DNA of 64,000 bases from Octopus bimaculoides (taxonomy: Eukaryota): the NCBI RefSeq assembly GCF_001194135.2, contig NC_068988.1, positions 95,785,201-95,849,200 of the forward strand. Direction: 5' to 3'. A program made the position numbers and the translations under genes. Below the pieces are notes generated by a model. That model searched no databases. It saw nothing but the letters and a program-made list of their open reading frames with translations, and was not told the DNA's origin. Of the stretch, positions 28,879-39,595 are shown in pieces. Position 1 is the first letter of the stretch, and every line of letters starts with the position of its first letter.

Positions 28879-29831
28879 NNNNNNNNNNNNNNNNNNNNNN
28901 NNNNNNNNNNNNNNNNNNNNNNNNNNNNNNNNNNNNNNNNNNNNNNNNNNNNNNNNNNNNNNNNNNNNNNNNNNNNNNNNNNNNNNNNNNNNNNNNNNNN
29001 NNNNNNNNNNNNNNNNNNNNNNNNNNNNNNNNNNNNNNNNNNNNNNNNNNNNNNNNNNNNNNNNNNNNNNNNNNNNNNNNNNNNNNNNNNNNNNNNNNNN
29101 NNNNNNNNNNNNNNNNNNNNNNNNNNNNNNNNNNNNNNNNNNNNNNNNNNNNNNNNNNNNNNNNNNNNNNNNNNNNNNNNNNNNNNNNNNNNNNNNNNNN
29201 NNNNNNNNNNNNNNNNNNNNNNNNNNNNNNNNNNNNNNNNNNNNNNNNNNNNNNNNNNNNNNNNNNNNNNNNNNNNNNNNNNNNNNNNNNNNNNNNNNNN
29301 NNNNNNNNNNNNNNNNNNNNNNNNNNNNNNNNNNNNNNNNNNNNNNNNNNNNNNNNNNNNNNNNNNNNNNNNNNNNNNNNNNNNNNNNNNNNNNNNNNNN
29401 NNNNNNNNNNNNNNNNNNNNNNNNNNNNNNNNNNNNNNNNNNNNNNNNNNNNNNNNNNNNNNNNNNNNNNNNNNNNNNNNNNNNNNNNNNNNNNNNNNNN
29501 NNNNNNNNNNNNNNNNNNNNNNNNNNNNNNNNNNNNNNNNNNNNNNNNNNNNNNNNNNNNNNNNNNNNNNNNNNNNNNNNNNNNNNNNNNNNNNNNNNNN
29601 NNNNNNNNNNNNNNNNNNNNNNNNNNNNNNNNNNNNNNNNNNNNNNNNNNNNNNNNNNNNNNNNNNNNNNNNNNNNNNNNNNNNNNNNNNNNNNNNNNNN
29701 NNNNNNNNNNNNNNNNNNNNNNNNNNNNNNNNNNNNNNNNNNNNNNNNNNNNNNNNNNNNNNNNNNNNNNNNNNNNNNNNNNNNNNNNNNNNNNNNNNNN
29801 NNNNNNNNNNNNNNNNNNNNNNNNNNNNNNN
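28879..29831. other. Assembly gap (one of many N runs, most flanked by (TA)n or (CA)n)
   Basis: N run; gaps next to microsatellites are typical of short-read scaffolds. Confidence 0.95.
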
Positions 29832-30584
29832 NCCTCTGGTGGCCACGAACATCGTCAGTATTTTAATATCGAGAAATTTATTTTTGTGAGCTCAAAGTAG
29901 TGACGTCTATTCTTTTTGATTTGATGACGTCATAGGAAGGGTACACATCTGTGTTTTCTGATAATGAGAAAAGATGAAATAATAATGTGATAATGATTTT
30001 GAACTAGCTCTCCTCCACCACTCTATGTTATTTTTCCCCCTCCCCCTCTCTCTCTCTCTCTCTCTCTCTCCCTCTCTCACAAATTGACGACAATCACTCA
30101 TCGTCTGCCACTTATTATCATTTCATTCCATTCAACTCTCAACTTCCCCAAACTTCCTGGAGTGCTTTCTGGCATCGATCATCTATCGATCAACTCTTTA
30201 TGCTTAATTCTTTAATGTCAGTAAATTGAATTCCAACACAAAACAACGCGTACACACAATATTCCTTCCATTTATATATGTATGTATGCATGTATGTATG
30301 TATGTATGTATGTATGCATGTATGTATTTTGTATGTATGTCATTATTCAGTTTCATTTCAAGATCTCTTGCCAACAGAGAAAGAACCGGTTTTTAACCTA
30401 GATCCCAAGTTCCTTCATTGGAATTTCAACATCAACAACAGGGTATTTTTGTTTGTATGCATGTATGTATGTATGTATGTATGTATGTATGTATGCATGT
30501 ATATGTGTATACGCAGATTTGTATGTTTTGCTTTATGTATGTATTCCCATGCGTATACTTACATACCTAGACATGCTCATATAT

Positions 30585-30775
30585 ATTTGAATGATAAACT
30601 TCTGGAATGTTTTACAGATTTTTACAGTTCCAATGGTGGATTGGATCTGTAGTCTTCGAATCAACTTTCTGCTTTCTGGCTTAGAGAAGCCTATTTTCTT
30701 AAGATTGTTATTTAGGTAGTGTGCTAAATATTCCAGTGCCACAATAATTACAGGTATATACCTGAACCTTAAAAC
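30585..30775 (-). mobile_element. R4/Dong-type RLE retrotransposon extreme C-terminal fragment
   Basis: FRYIPVIIVALEYLAHYLNNNLKKIGFSKPESRKLIRRLQIQSTIGTVKICKTFQKFII resembles the F.FIPVIIGALGY...L..LGF...LI..LQ.....GTVKICKTF terminus of RLE elements. Confidence 0.7.
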
Positions 30776-31624
30776 CCCGCAACTTCCGAACCAAACTCCC
30801 TAAATACAAACCTACGCATATATAGACAATTAAAAATAGATGCACTCCCCCCCCCCACAAAAAAAAAATGTCTCAAAATTCACTCCGAATCATTTATGCG
30901 AAGGTAAGTTTATATTACAAATTTTAATGCACTAAAAACTTTTTACGTATTAATAAGCGCTGCTGAAAATGGGATGCGTCTAGTACGCCCATGCTTCCTT
31001 TACACCATTAAATGTTGTACATATATAAACACTATCAACACACACACACACACACACACACACACTTATACAGACATATATACACATACTCATGTACATG
31101 CATATACATACACGCATGCATAATATATATATACGTGCCTATTCATTCACCCGGCCACACACCCACACATACACATAGCTGCTATCTCAGTACTAAATGG
31201 ATATTTACTCAAGTTTGATGTCATTTTTTTTTTTTGCATACTATTCCAGTCTGTTGCTTATTTATCAGATTAATGTTGCAGTTTTATATAACAACCTCGC
31301 CATTGATTACTTCCTGCTCGCTGTTGTATTTCGCCAAAAATGAACGGAATGGCTTGCGCTTGAAACACGTATATGTCGGAATCATATACATGTGTATGTA
31401 TGTATATGCATGTGTGTGTGTGTGTATGAACATGTATGTGTATATTTATATTTATATTTTTATTCATTTCTCTCTCTATCTCTCTCTCTCTCTACACGCA
31501 TATATATATCAAGTACACAAACGCACACACACTCACACGAACAGACACATGCGCACACGCAGAAACAGACTTATACAAATTAATGTGTTATATACTATAC
31601 TAATATATATATATATATACATAT

Positions 31625-31790
31625 ATACGACAAGCTTCTTTCTGTTTCCGTCTACCAAATCCACTCACAGGGCTTTGTTCGGCCCGAAGCTATAGTAGAA
31701 GACACTTGCCGAAGGTACCACGCAGTGGGACTGAAGCCAGAACCATATGGTTGGTAAGCAAGCTACTTACCACACAGCCACTCCTGCGCC
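31625..31790 (-). mobile_element. tRNA-derived SINE, family A (head+body)
   Basis: Highly similar to 42730-42893. Confidence 0.85.
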
Positions 31791-31921
31791 TATACATATA
31801 CATACATACATATAGAGGGATATGTATGTAATATAATTTTTCTGCATCTTCAGATTTTTCAATTTGCTAGGCCACTGGTTTTAAATTGATATTAATCAAA
31901 TTAATATTCAATTTTTCACCC

Positions 31922-31991
<70 letters not shown>

Positions 31992-33017
31992 CATTATATA
32001 TATACCAACACATATATTCATATAGTCTTATCATAAGTATAAGCATGTACAATATTTGTATGCACCCATCTGGATATACATACACACACATACNNNNNNN
32101 NNNATTATTATTATTATTATTATTATTATTATCATTATCTATATATATATATACCAACACATATATTCATATAGTCTTATCATAAGTATAAACATGTACA
32201 ATATTTGTATGCACCCATCTGGATATACATACACACACATACACGTACACACGCACACACACACACACATATATACATGCATATATACTGACACACAGTA
32301 TACAAACATATACACGCTTATAACTCACACGCATATGTGCACACACACACACAGATATATGTATAAATACCGACACACACATACACAGATAGGTACATAT
32401 ATACATACATACAGACACACACACAAACACACACACAGACACGCGCGCGCGCGCGCGCTGTAAGTCTTGCTGACATTTTCGTCGATAGATTTGATATTTA
32501 AACATTTTCTTCCCTCCGCGATAAATATGTTTATCATAAATAACGCTTTGAACTTCAAGGAAATTCAAATTGAATTTTTTAATAGTAAATTGCAAAGAAA
32601 GCCTAATGGAATAAAATATGGGTTCGATTTCTTCCTATCAAACCTTTTAGAAGTTTTTAACTTGAGATTAATTTTTAAGAAAACTACTATTCTAAGAAAA
32701 GTTGGAAGTGCGTATATTTTCGGTTCTGCTTGTCTGTTATTTTTGTTCCTGTCTTTATCAATATTTTTGATGGCGAGCGAATAGTTTTTATATTAAGTCA
32801 GGGAATATCGGTTGTGAAGTTTTATTTATCTATTTATTTATTTATAATTTTTGGTTTGAAAATGTTGGTTTGAGAAACACTAAAAATGTCCTTTCTCACA
32901 TCAAAAATAATGAGATACAATACAGAAAATATATATAAAAATATCGAAGGGTAACAAATGTTGTGTGAGAATACCAAAGCGATATTTCTATTCAATGGAA
33001 TTCTTCTTCTTCTTCTT

Positions 33018-33103
<86 letters not shown>

Positions 33104-33179
33104 CCTCTTCTTTCAATTTTGCTTCCATTTCTTGCCGACGCCTAGGACAAAGAAACTCACTATGTACATTGAAGGTCGC

Positions 33180-33385
33180 AAGCTAACAGAATCATAAGCA
33201 CGCCCAGAAAAATGCTTAGGCATTTTGTCTTTCCGTATGTTCTGGGTTCAAATTCTGCCGAGGTTGACTTTGCCTTTCACCCTTTCAGAGTCGATAAAAT
33301 AAGTACCAGTTACGTATTGGGGTCGACATCATCAACTTAGCCACTCCTGCCAAATTTCAGGCCTTTTGCTACAACAACAGAAAGG
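33180..33385 (+). mobile_element. tRNA-derived SINE, family B
   Basis: GGGTTCAAATTCTGCCGAGGTTGACTTTGCCTTTCACCCTTTC...GATAAAATAAGTACCAG. Confidence 0.8.
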
Positions 33386-34479
33386 TTTATTGCTTTATTG
33401 CTTCTTTACTTTCTGGAGGAGTAACCTCAATCCTGTAAATATTACCAAAATGAAGTAGATTTGACAAGTTTATTTTTGAACCTGTGGAAGACACGCAAGA
33501 TGTCGAAGTATCGTTCATTTGATAACAGTCGCACTCTTCTTTATTGCTTCTTTATATTCTGGAGGAGTAACTTCAATCCTATTATTATTGTTGTTGTTGT
33601 TGTTGTCGTCGTCGTTGTTGTTGTTGTTGTTATTATTATTACTACTACTGGCACGAGCTGATTAGATTTTGGGATCGATCCGATATCGGACAAAGATTCT
33701 GGATTATTTGTTATATTTACTTTTCTTTACATGATTACGATCTTACGTTGACTTTCAAGTCTTTCTCAATTATCTCCATAAAGGCGACGTCTTCGGTGAT
33801 GGTCCATTAACCCGTTAAATGATATGCAAGAATCTTAATTTTACGTTTTTTTCCTCCACTGTTGGAGAACTAAAAATGGTAAATGAAGAGTTACTGAATA
33901 ATCAGGAAATTGAAGCTAATCAGCAGCTGAGCTGCTGCTACTATTACTACTACTACAACTAATACTACAACCACAACCATCACTACTACTAGAAGACCAC
34001 CACCACCACCATAACAACTACAACTAATACTACAACCACAACCATCACTACTACTAGAAGACCACCACCACCACCACCACCACAACAACAACTACAACTA
34101 CATCAACGACACCTGCTCTAATAAGTGCCGCCATAATTCCCCAACCTTCCACCAATTTAATTCTAAAGACTATTTGTACTTTATCAAATGGCCTCCAAAT
34201 GACATCTATCTTGCAATCTAATGGCGAAGTCGGTGGCAGCTGAGACGCGGGTAAAAATCATTCAGCTGCTTCACACTCGATGACGTCTCTTGCTCTCTTT
34301 CTTTCGCTTCTTTCATCCTCTTCTTCTTTCTCATTATCTTCATTATTACTCCTCTCCCCTCCCTCCATTGTCATTATGTTCAACATCCTTATTGCTACCA
34401 TCTCCAATGTCGTACATATATACATACATACATACATGAACAGGCACACTCACGCACGAATATATGTGGATACACACAC

Positions 34480-34510
<31 letters not shown>

Positions 34511-35228
34511 NNNNNNNNNNNNNNNNNNNNNNNNNNNNNNNNNNNNNNNNNNNNNNNNNNNNNNNNNNNNNNNNNNNNNNNNNNNNNNNNNNNNNNNNNN
34601 NNNNNNNNNNNNNNNNNNNNNNNNNNNNNNNNNNNNNNNNNNNNNNNNNNNNNNNNNNNNNNNNNNNNNNNNNNNNNNNNNNNNNNNNNNNNNNNNNNNN
34701 NNNNNNNNNNNNNNNNNNNNNNNNNNNNNNNNNNNNNNNNNNNNNNNNNNNNNNNNNNNNNNNNNNNNNNNNNNNNNNNNNNNNNNNNNNNNNNNNNNNN
34801 NNNNNNNNNNNNNNNNNNNNNNNNNNNNNNNNNNNNNNNNNNNNNNNNNNNNNNNNNNNNNNNNNNNNNNNNNNNNNNNNNNNNNNNNNNNNNNNNNNNN
34901 NNNNNNNNNNNNNNNNNNNNNNNNNNNNNNNNNNNNNNNNNNNNNNNNNNNNNNNNNNNNNNNNNNNNNNNNNNNNNNNNNNNNNNNNNNNNNNNNNNNN
35001 NNNNNNNNNNNNNNNNNNNNNNNNNNNNNNNNNNNNNNNNNNNNNNNNNNNNNNNNNNNNNNNNNNNNNNNNNNNNNNNNNNNNNNNNNNNNNNNNNNNN
35101 NNNNNNNNNNNNNNNNNNNNNNNNNNNNNNNNNNNNNNNNNNNNNNNNNNNNNNNNNNNNNNNNNNNNNNNNNNNNNNNNNNNNNNNNNNNNNNNNNNNN
35201 NNNNNNNNNNTATATATATATATATACA

Positions 35229-35390
35229 GGCGCAGGCGTGGATGAGTGGCAAGAAGTTTTCTTCCTAACCACATGGTTCTAGGTTTAGTTCCACTCTGCG
35301 GCACCATGGGCAAGTGTGTTCCACTATAACTTCGAGCTGATCAACGCTTTGTGAGTGGATCTTGTAGACGGAAACTAAAAGAAGCCCATC
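35229..35390 (+). mobile_element. tRNA-derived SINE, family A (head+body)
   Basis: GGCGCAGGCGTGG...GTAGACGGAAACTAAAAGAAGCCC. Confidence 0.8.
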
Positions 35391-35529
35391 ATGTATATAT
35401 ATCTATATCTTTGGTGATATTTCAATGATCCAGAGGAATTTTGTTTTTGTTAATGGCTTTTTCTGGACGCACAGGCTGTGTCCATGGCCTTCGTAGGCCT
35501 TTTCATCTTAGTGAGAGCGACAATGTTCG

Positions 35530-35676
35530 CCAGTTGTGAGTTGACGACTTCAGAAAAGAAATTCCAAAGGGAGAAAGTATTGGGGAAGAAGGAATGGGCA
35601 TAGTGGTTACTATAGGGCCTGTAAATAGACACTACAGGAATGGTCATGGATGGAGAGACGAGTGAGTTGGAAGGAC

Positions 35677-35680
<4 letters not shown>
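35530..35680 (-). mobile_element. CR1/L2/Jockey-group LINE ORF2 C-terminal fragment
   Basis: VSIYRPYSNHYAHSFFPNTFSLWN matches the conserved ...RTNHY.NSFFPRT..LWNSLP terminal motif. Confidence 0.6.
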
Positions 35681-35718
<38 letters not shown>

Positions 35719-35719
35719 A

Positions 35720-35778
<59 letters not shown>

Positions 35779-35823
35779 GTCCCTGGTACTCAAATATGAT
35801 ATAGGAATAAAACAATATCATAA

Positions 35824-35961
35824 CTGTTGTGTCTGGGGAGAGTCATTCTCTTTTAGTGCCTTATAATTTAACACACTCACCGGAAATGAGTGGAAATTTT
35901 ACCGGTGGGTGTATTAAATTATAAGGCACCAAAAGAGAATGACTCTCCCTAGACATAACAG
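35824..35961. repeat. 138-nt palindromic hairpin element (60-bp arms, 18-nt loop)
   Basis: Arms 35824-35883 and 35902-35961 are reverse complements at 55/60 positions by manual alignment; all differences are transitions. Confidence 0.95.
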
Positions 35962-36512
35962 AATATGCTTCAACACACGAACTCACATAAAGAATCTTGC
36001 AAACCAAAACCAAAAACGAAATACCATAATTGTTTGGCTGAGATGTCATATAGTTCGTTAGCTTTTATCATTAGATGTAGGGATCTGTATATTCTTTCAA
36101 TAAATTTGAAACGTGGTTATAAATCGTTAATTCTTTTTAATGGAGTCATAGAAACAACTATGCCTCGGTGAACGTGTCCCTCTTTCAGTTATATTCACAA
36201 TACGACATTAATTTAAAAGTACAAGATAATGGACAATAATGAAGCATTTGTAATTTTTCCAGTAAATCCTACATATATAACGATTCGTAGCTCATAACCT
36301 GAGGCACCGACATAACGATAGATAGATCGAATCATGTTGAAGTTAAGTGTTTATGAATCACAGACACATCGGCTGATTGTTCAACTCCGAACTTCATTAT
36401 TTTCATACAGGCTCTTCCCCCACTTTGTGCCTCCTATTCTTACCGTTCGAGTGTAGAAAGAAAAGCTAAGAAAGATGCTGTAACAAAGGAAAATAAAAAG
36501 ATAACAACTTAC

Positions 36513-36551
36513 CTCCGAGACATGCGTGCATATTATGTCTGTTGCATTTTG
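36513..36551 (-). CDS. GGNG: GGNG/EP precursor, 39-nt coding exon 2 (mature peptide core (A)KCNRHNMHACLG(G))
   Basis: Acceptor tttttttttttctcatttcag| and donor GGAG|gtaagt. Reads CA AAA TGC AAC AGA CAT AAT ATG CAC GCA TGT CTC GGA G. C...HACLGGN-amide is the EP/GGNG signature. Confidence 0.92.
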
Positions 36552-37799
36552 CTGAAATGAGAAAAAAAAAATCAAATAAATAATTTCAAAGACATATTGT
36601 TTTATTTTACAGCGATACAAAGCTAAGTTTTCATAGAAAAAAATATAATCGAGAAGTGTTCAAAGTTCAAAGTTAATTTCGGCGGGATTTCGATTCGAAA
36701 CTGAGATGTGTAGGATTAAACAACGGCAAGAAATTTTGAGAGGAGGGGTATTGGTCGATTATATTGACCCAAATACTTTACTGATACTTTATTTTCCCCC
36801 TGTAGGGATGACAAGCAAAGCTGACCTCGCCTGGAGCAGCATTCATTTCTAAAAGATTATCATCCGATTATTTGTCCATCTGGCGTCCTTTCTTTGCATA
36901 TCATTAGTTTGTGACTTGAAGACAAGGGGATTCTTTTTAATGGCAGGGTTATCGATGATAAAATGGATTCAAGCGTTACTATTGGTTATTATTTCATCGG
37001 CGGCGGCCTAAGCAGAATCGTTAGCACCCCCGGGCAAACTACTTAGCGGCATTACGTTCTGAGTTCAAATTTCAAATTCTTTCGCGATCAACTTTGCCTT
37101 TCATCGTTTCGGGGTCGATAAAATAAGTACCAGTTGAGCACTAGGGTCGATGTCATCGACTTAACTCTTTCCCCGAAATTACCCTCTTTGTTCCAAAACT
37201 TGAAACCATTTTCTTTTTATCCATTCAGGAAAAATAAACTGCGAGGTAAACTATGGCGTAATTTAAACCTGAAAGAGCAAGTTTAAATACTCTGCAACCT
37301 TCGACCTTGTGCCATATTCTCAAGGCTCCTTATTTTAAATCATTATTCATAATGGTTAACAGTTGATCGCAAGAGAATATAATGAGATTCGGAATTCCAA
37401 GGTGGCGGCAATTCACAGTAAGTGTAACGACATCTCACCCCCATGAAAAATACACACGCTTCCTTAAATAATCGAAAACAACATCGAAAACTTCTGATCT
37501 AAAATATTTAGCCTTCAAGAGTATTCACTTTCCTTGCAACTAGAATGTCGAATGTAACAGAGCGAAAAGCAAAATAGTTTTTCGGAACATCTTTTCCGAA
37601 ATATCTCCGATAAAATGTTTTATTTCTGATAAACATCAAAGACAGCCACGTGTCCATGGTGTGTGTCTGATGATTTAGAATAATTTCCTTGATTGTTTTT
37701 TATGTTTACACTTTGTACGCTTGCAGAAAAAGTATGTAGCAGCAGACAGAAATACAAATCGTTGAGAGAGAGAGAGAGGGGGGGTGGCTGTAATTTCTT

Positions 37800-38397
37800 T
37801 ATTTCCTTCTGCATATCAGCACCTGCGAAGTAGATATTGCTGGCAGCCATTACAAGCTGCGGTGTTGCGGTTTATGGCGGAGAGACGTACATTTAACCTG
37901 ATAGGAAAGATAAACTGTACTTGTTATTTAGAAACGTTTGCGTTCGAACTGTGTACGGAGCAATGAGTAACAGTGACTATCATGAACAGACAGACATCTA
38001 ACCCGAAAACATCGACTGAAAGGATCAGTGATCAATATTCAATCGATCTATCCAGTTTATGACTATCTACATTAATCCCACCGATGGCCGTTCTCATTTT
38101 CTTCTCTCGCACACGACTTGACTTCGAGCCACATTCATAAACGGACTGGCATTGTATTAGAGCCTCAGAGCATCAAAGAACGCACTGTTAGTACTCTTTG
38201 GCCAGAAATGTGATGTGCCATTGTATAAAAAAACAAAATTTTAACATACATTGGCTCAGTACATTCAGATATAAACATCTTTCCTATCTTTCCTATCAGG
38301 TTAAATGTATGTCTCTCCTCTATAAACCGCAAAACCGCTGCTTGTAATGGCTGCCAGTAATATCTACTTCGCAGGTGCTGATATGTAGAAGGAAATA
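37800..38397. repeat. Long inverted repeat / foldback element (113-bp arms, 372-bp spacer)
   Basis: 37800-37912 vs reverse complement of 38285-38397: 106/113 identical by manual alignment; no TSD seen. Confidence 0.9.
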
Positions 38398-39164
38398 GCA
38401 AGTCGCATGGGAATGGATGATTAACGAGCTTTTGTAAACATTCAACCGACTGAGTGAAAGTTAGAACTTCGGTATTCTAACAATTGACACTGTCCATGCC
38501 GGAAGGTTAAAGACAAATACTGCTTCTGACAAATTACATTAATAAAAAAAAATTGGCAAACGTCTGATGAGGAAGTCTCTACGCAGTTGCACGATTTGCT
38601 AGAAAATGCCTCCAAATCTTCTTCGAATCCAAAGAGAGGAAGAATTTATGTGGGACGATGTTGTTTTTGATATACATCGGAAAAGATGGGACAATTAAAG
38701 CTTAACCCCATTTTATCATACGTCCGCTCAAAGAGAGGACTCAGGACTAAACACCAACAACATCCACGGAAAAAAATAAATAAAACACCTCAATCTGTCG
38801 TTTCCATCCAAAAAACTATCTGGCATAGTTCCTTGTTAAGAGAAACTGTCTTCATGACAATTTTGTTTTGTTTTTTAGTAGATGCAATTGGGGCGTTTTT
38901 CATTAATTTCCTTAAGTTCAGAATAAAGATAAATTGTTATGAAATAATTTTCATTGAAATTAACAAACCAAGAAGATAACTTAGTAACTGATGCTATAAC
39001 CAACAATTCCAAACTTTCTTTTATCGTTTCCAGAATATTCGAAAACTATTATGGCCTCTTTAAACTATAGTTTATAAGAAAGTAATTCTTAAGACCCAAT
39101 AATAAATGTGCTTCAATGGAATTCTTTCCAAATACCGTTTATTTTTGTTAGAACACAATGGTGA

Positions 39165-39198
39165 TGGGGGTGGTGAGAATGAGGATGATTATGATGAT

Positions 39199-39229
<31 letters not shown>

Positions 39230-39305
39230 AGGAGGAAGAGGAGGTAGAGGAGGACGACGATGACGACGACGAAGACGAGGAGGAGGCGGATGAGAATGAG
39301 ATGAC
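39165..39305 (+). repeat. Compound (GAT)/(GAG)/(GAC)n microsatellite
   Basis: Direct reading; gives a spurious poly-D/E ORF. Confidence 0.85.
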
Positions 39306-39498
39306 TAAACGAGGAAAACCTCAGACAAGATTTTCATGGTGACAAAAGTAAGGTTAACATAACTGTGTGTGTATGTGTGCATGTGTGTTTGTGTGTATGT
39401 GTGTTTGTGTGTATGTACACACAAACACACATGCACACATACACATATATATATATATATATACACATATATATATATATAGACATATATGTATATAC

Positions 39499-39535
<37 letters not shown>

Positions 39536-39555
39536 AATATATCTATATATAAATG

Positions 39556-39595
<40 letters not shown>

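Noticed and set aside
31985-32240. ~100-bp tandem duplication around a 10-N gap (also 11937-12090)
   Set aside because: Near-identical sequence on both sides of a tiny gap is typical of unmerged contig overlap or haplotypes, so probably an assembly artefact.
39106-39342. Acidic D/E-rich ORF
   Set aside because: Compound trinucleotide microsatellite on the strand opposite the host gene, with no exon context.
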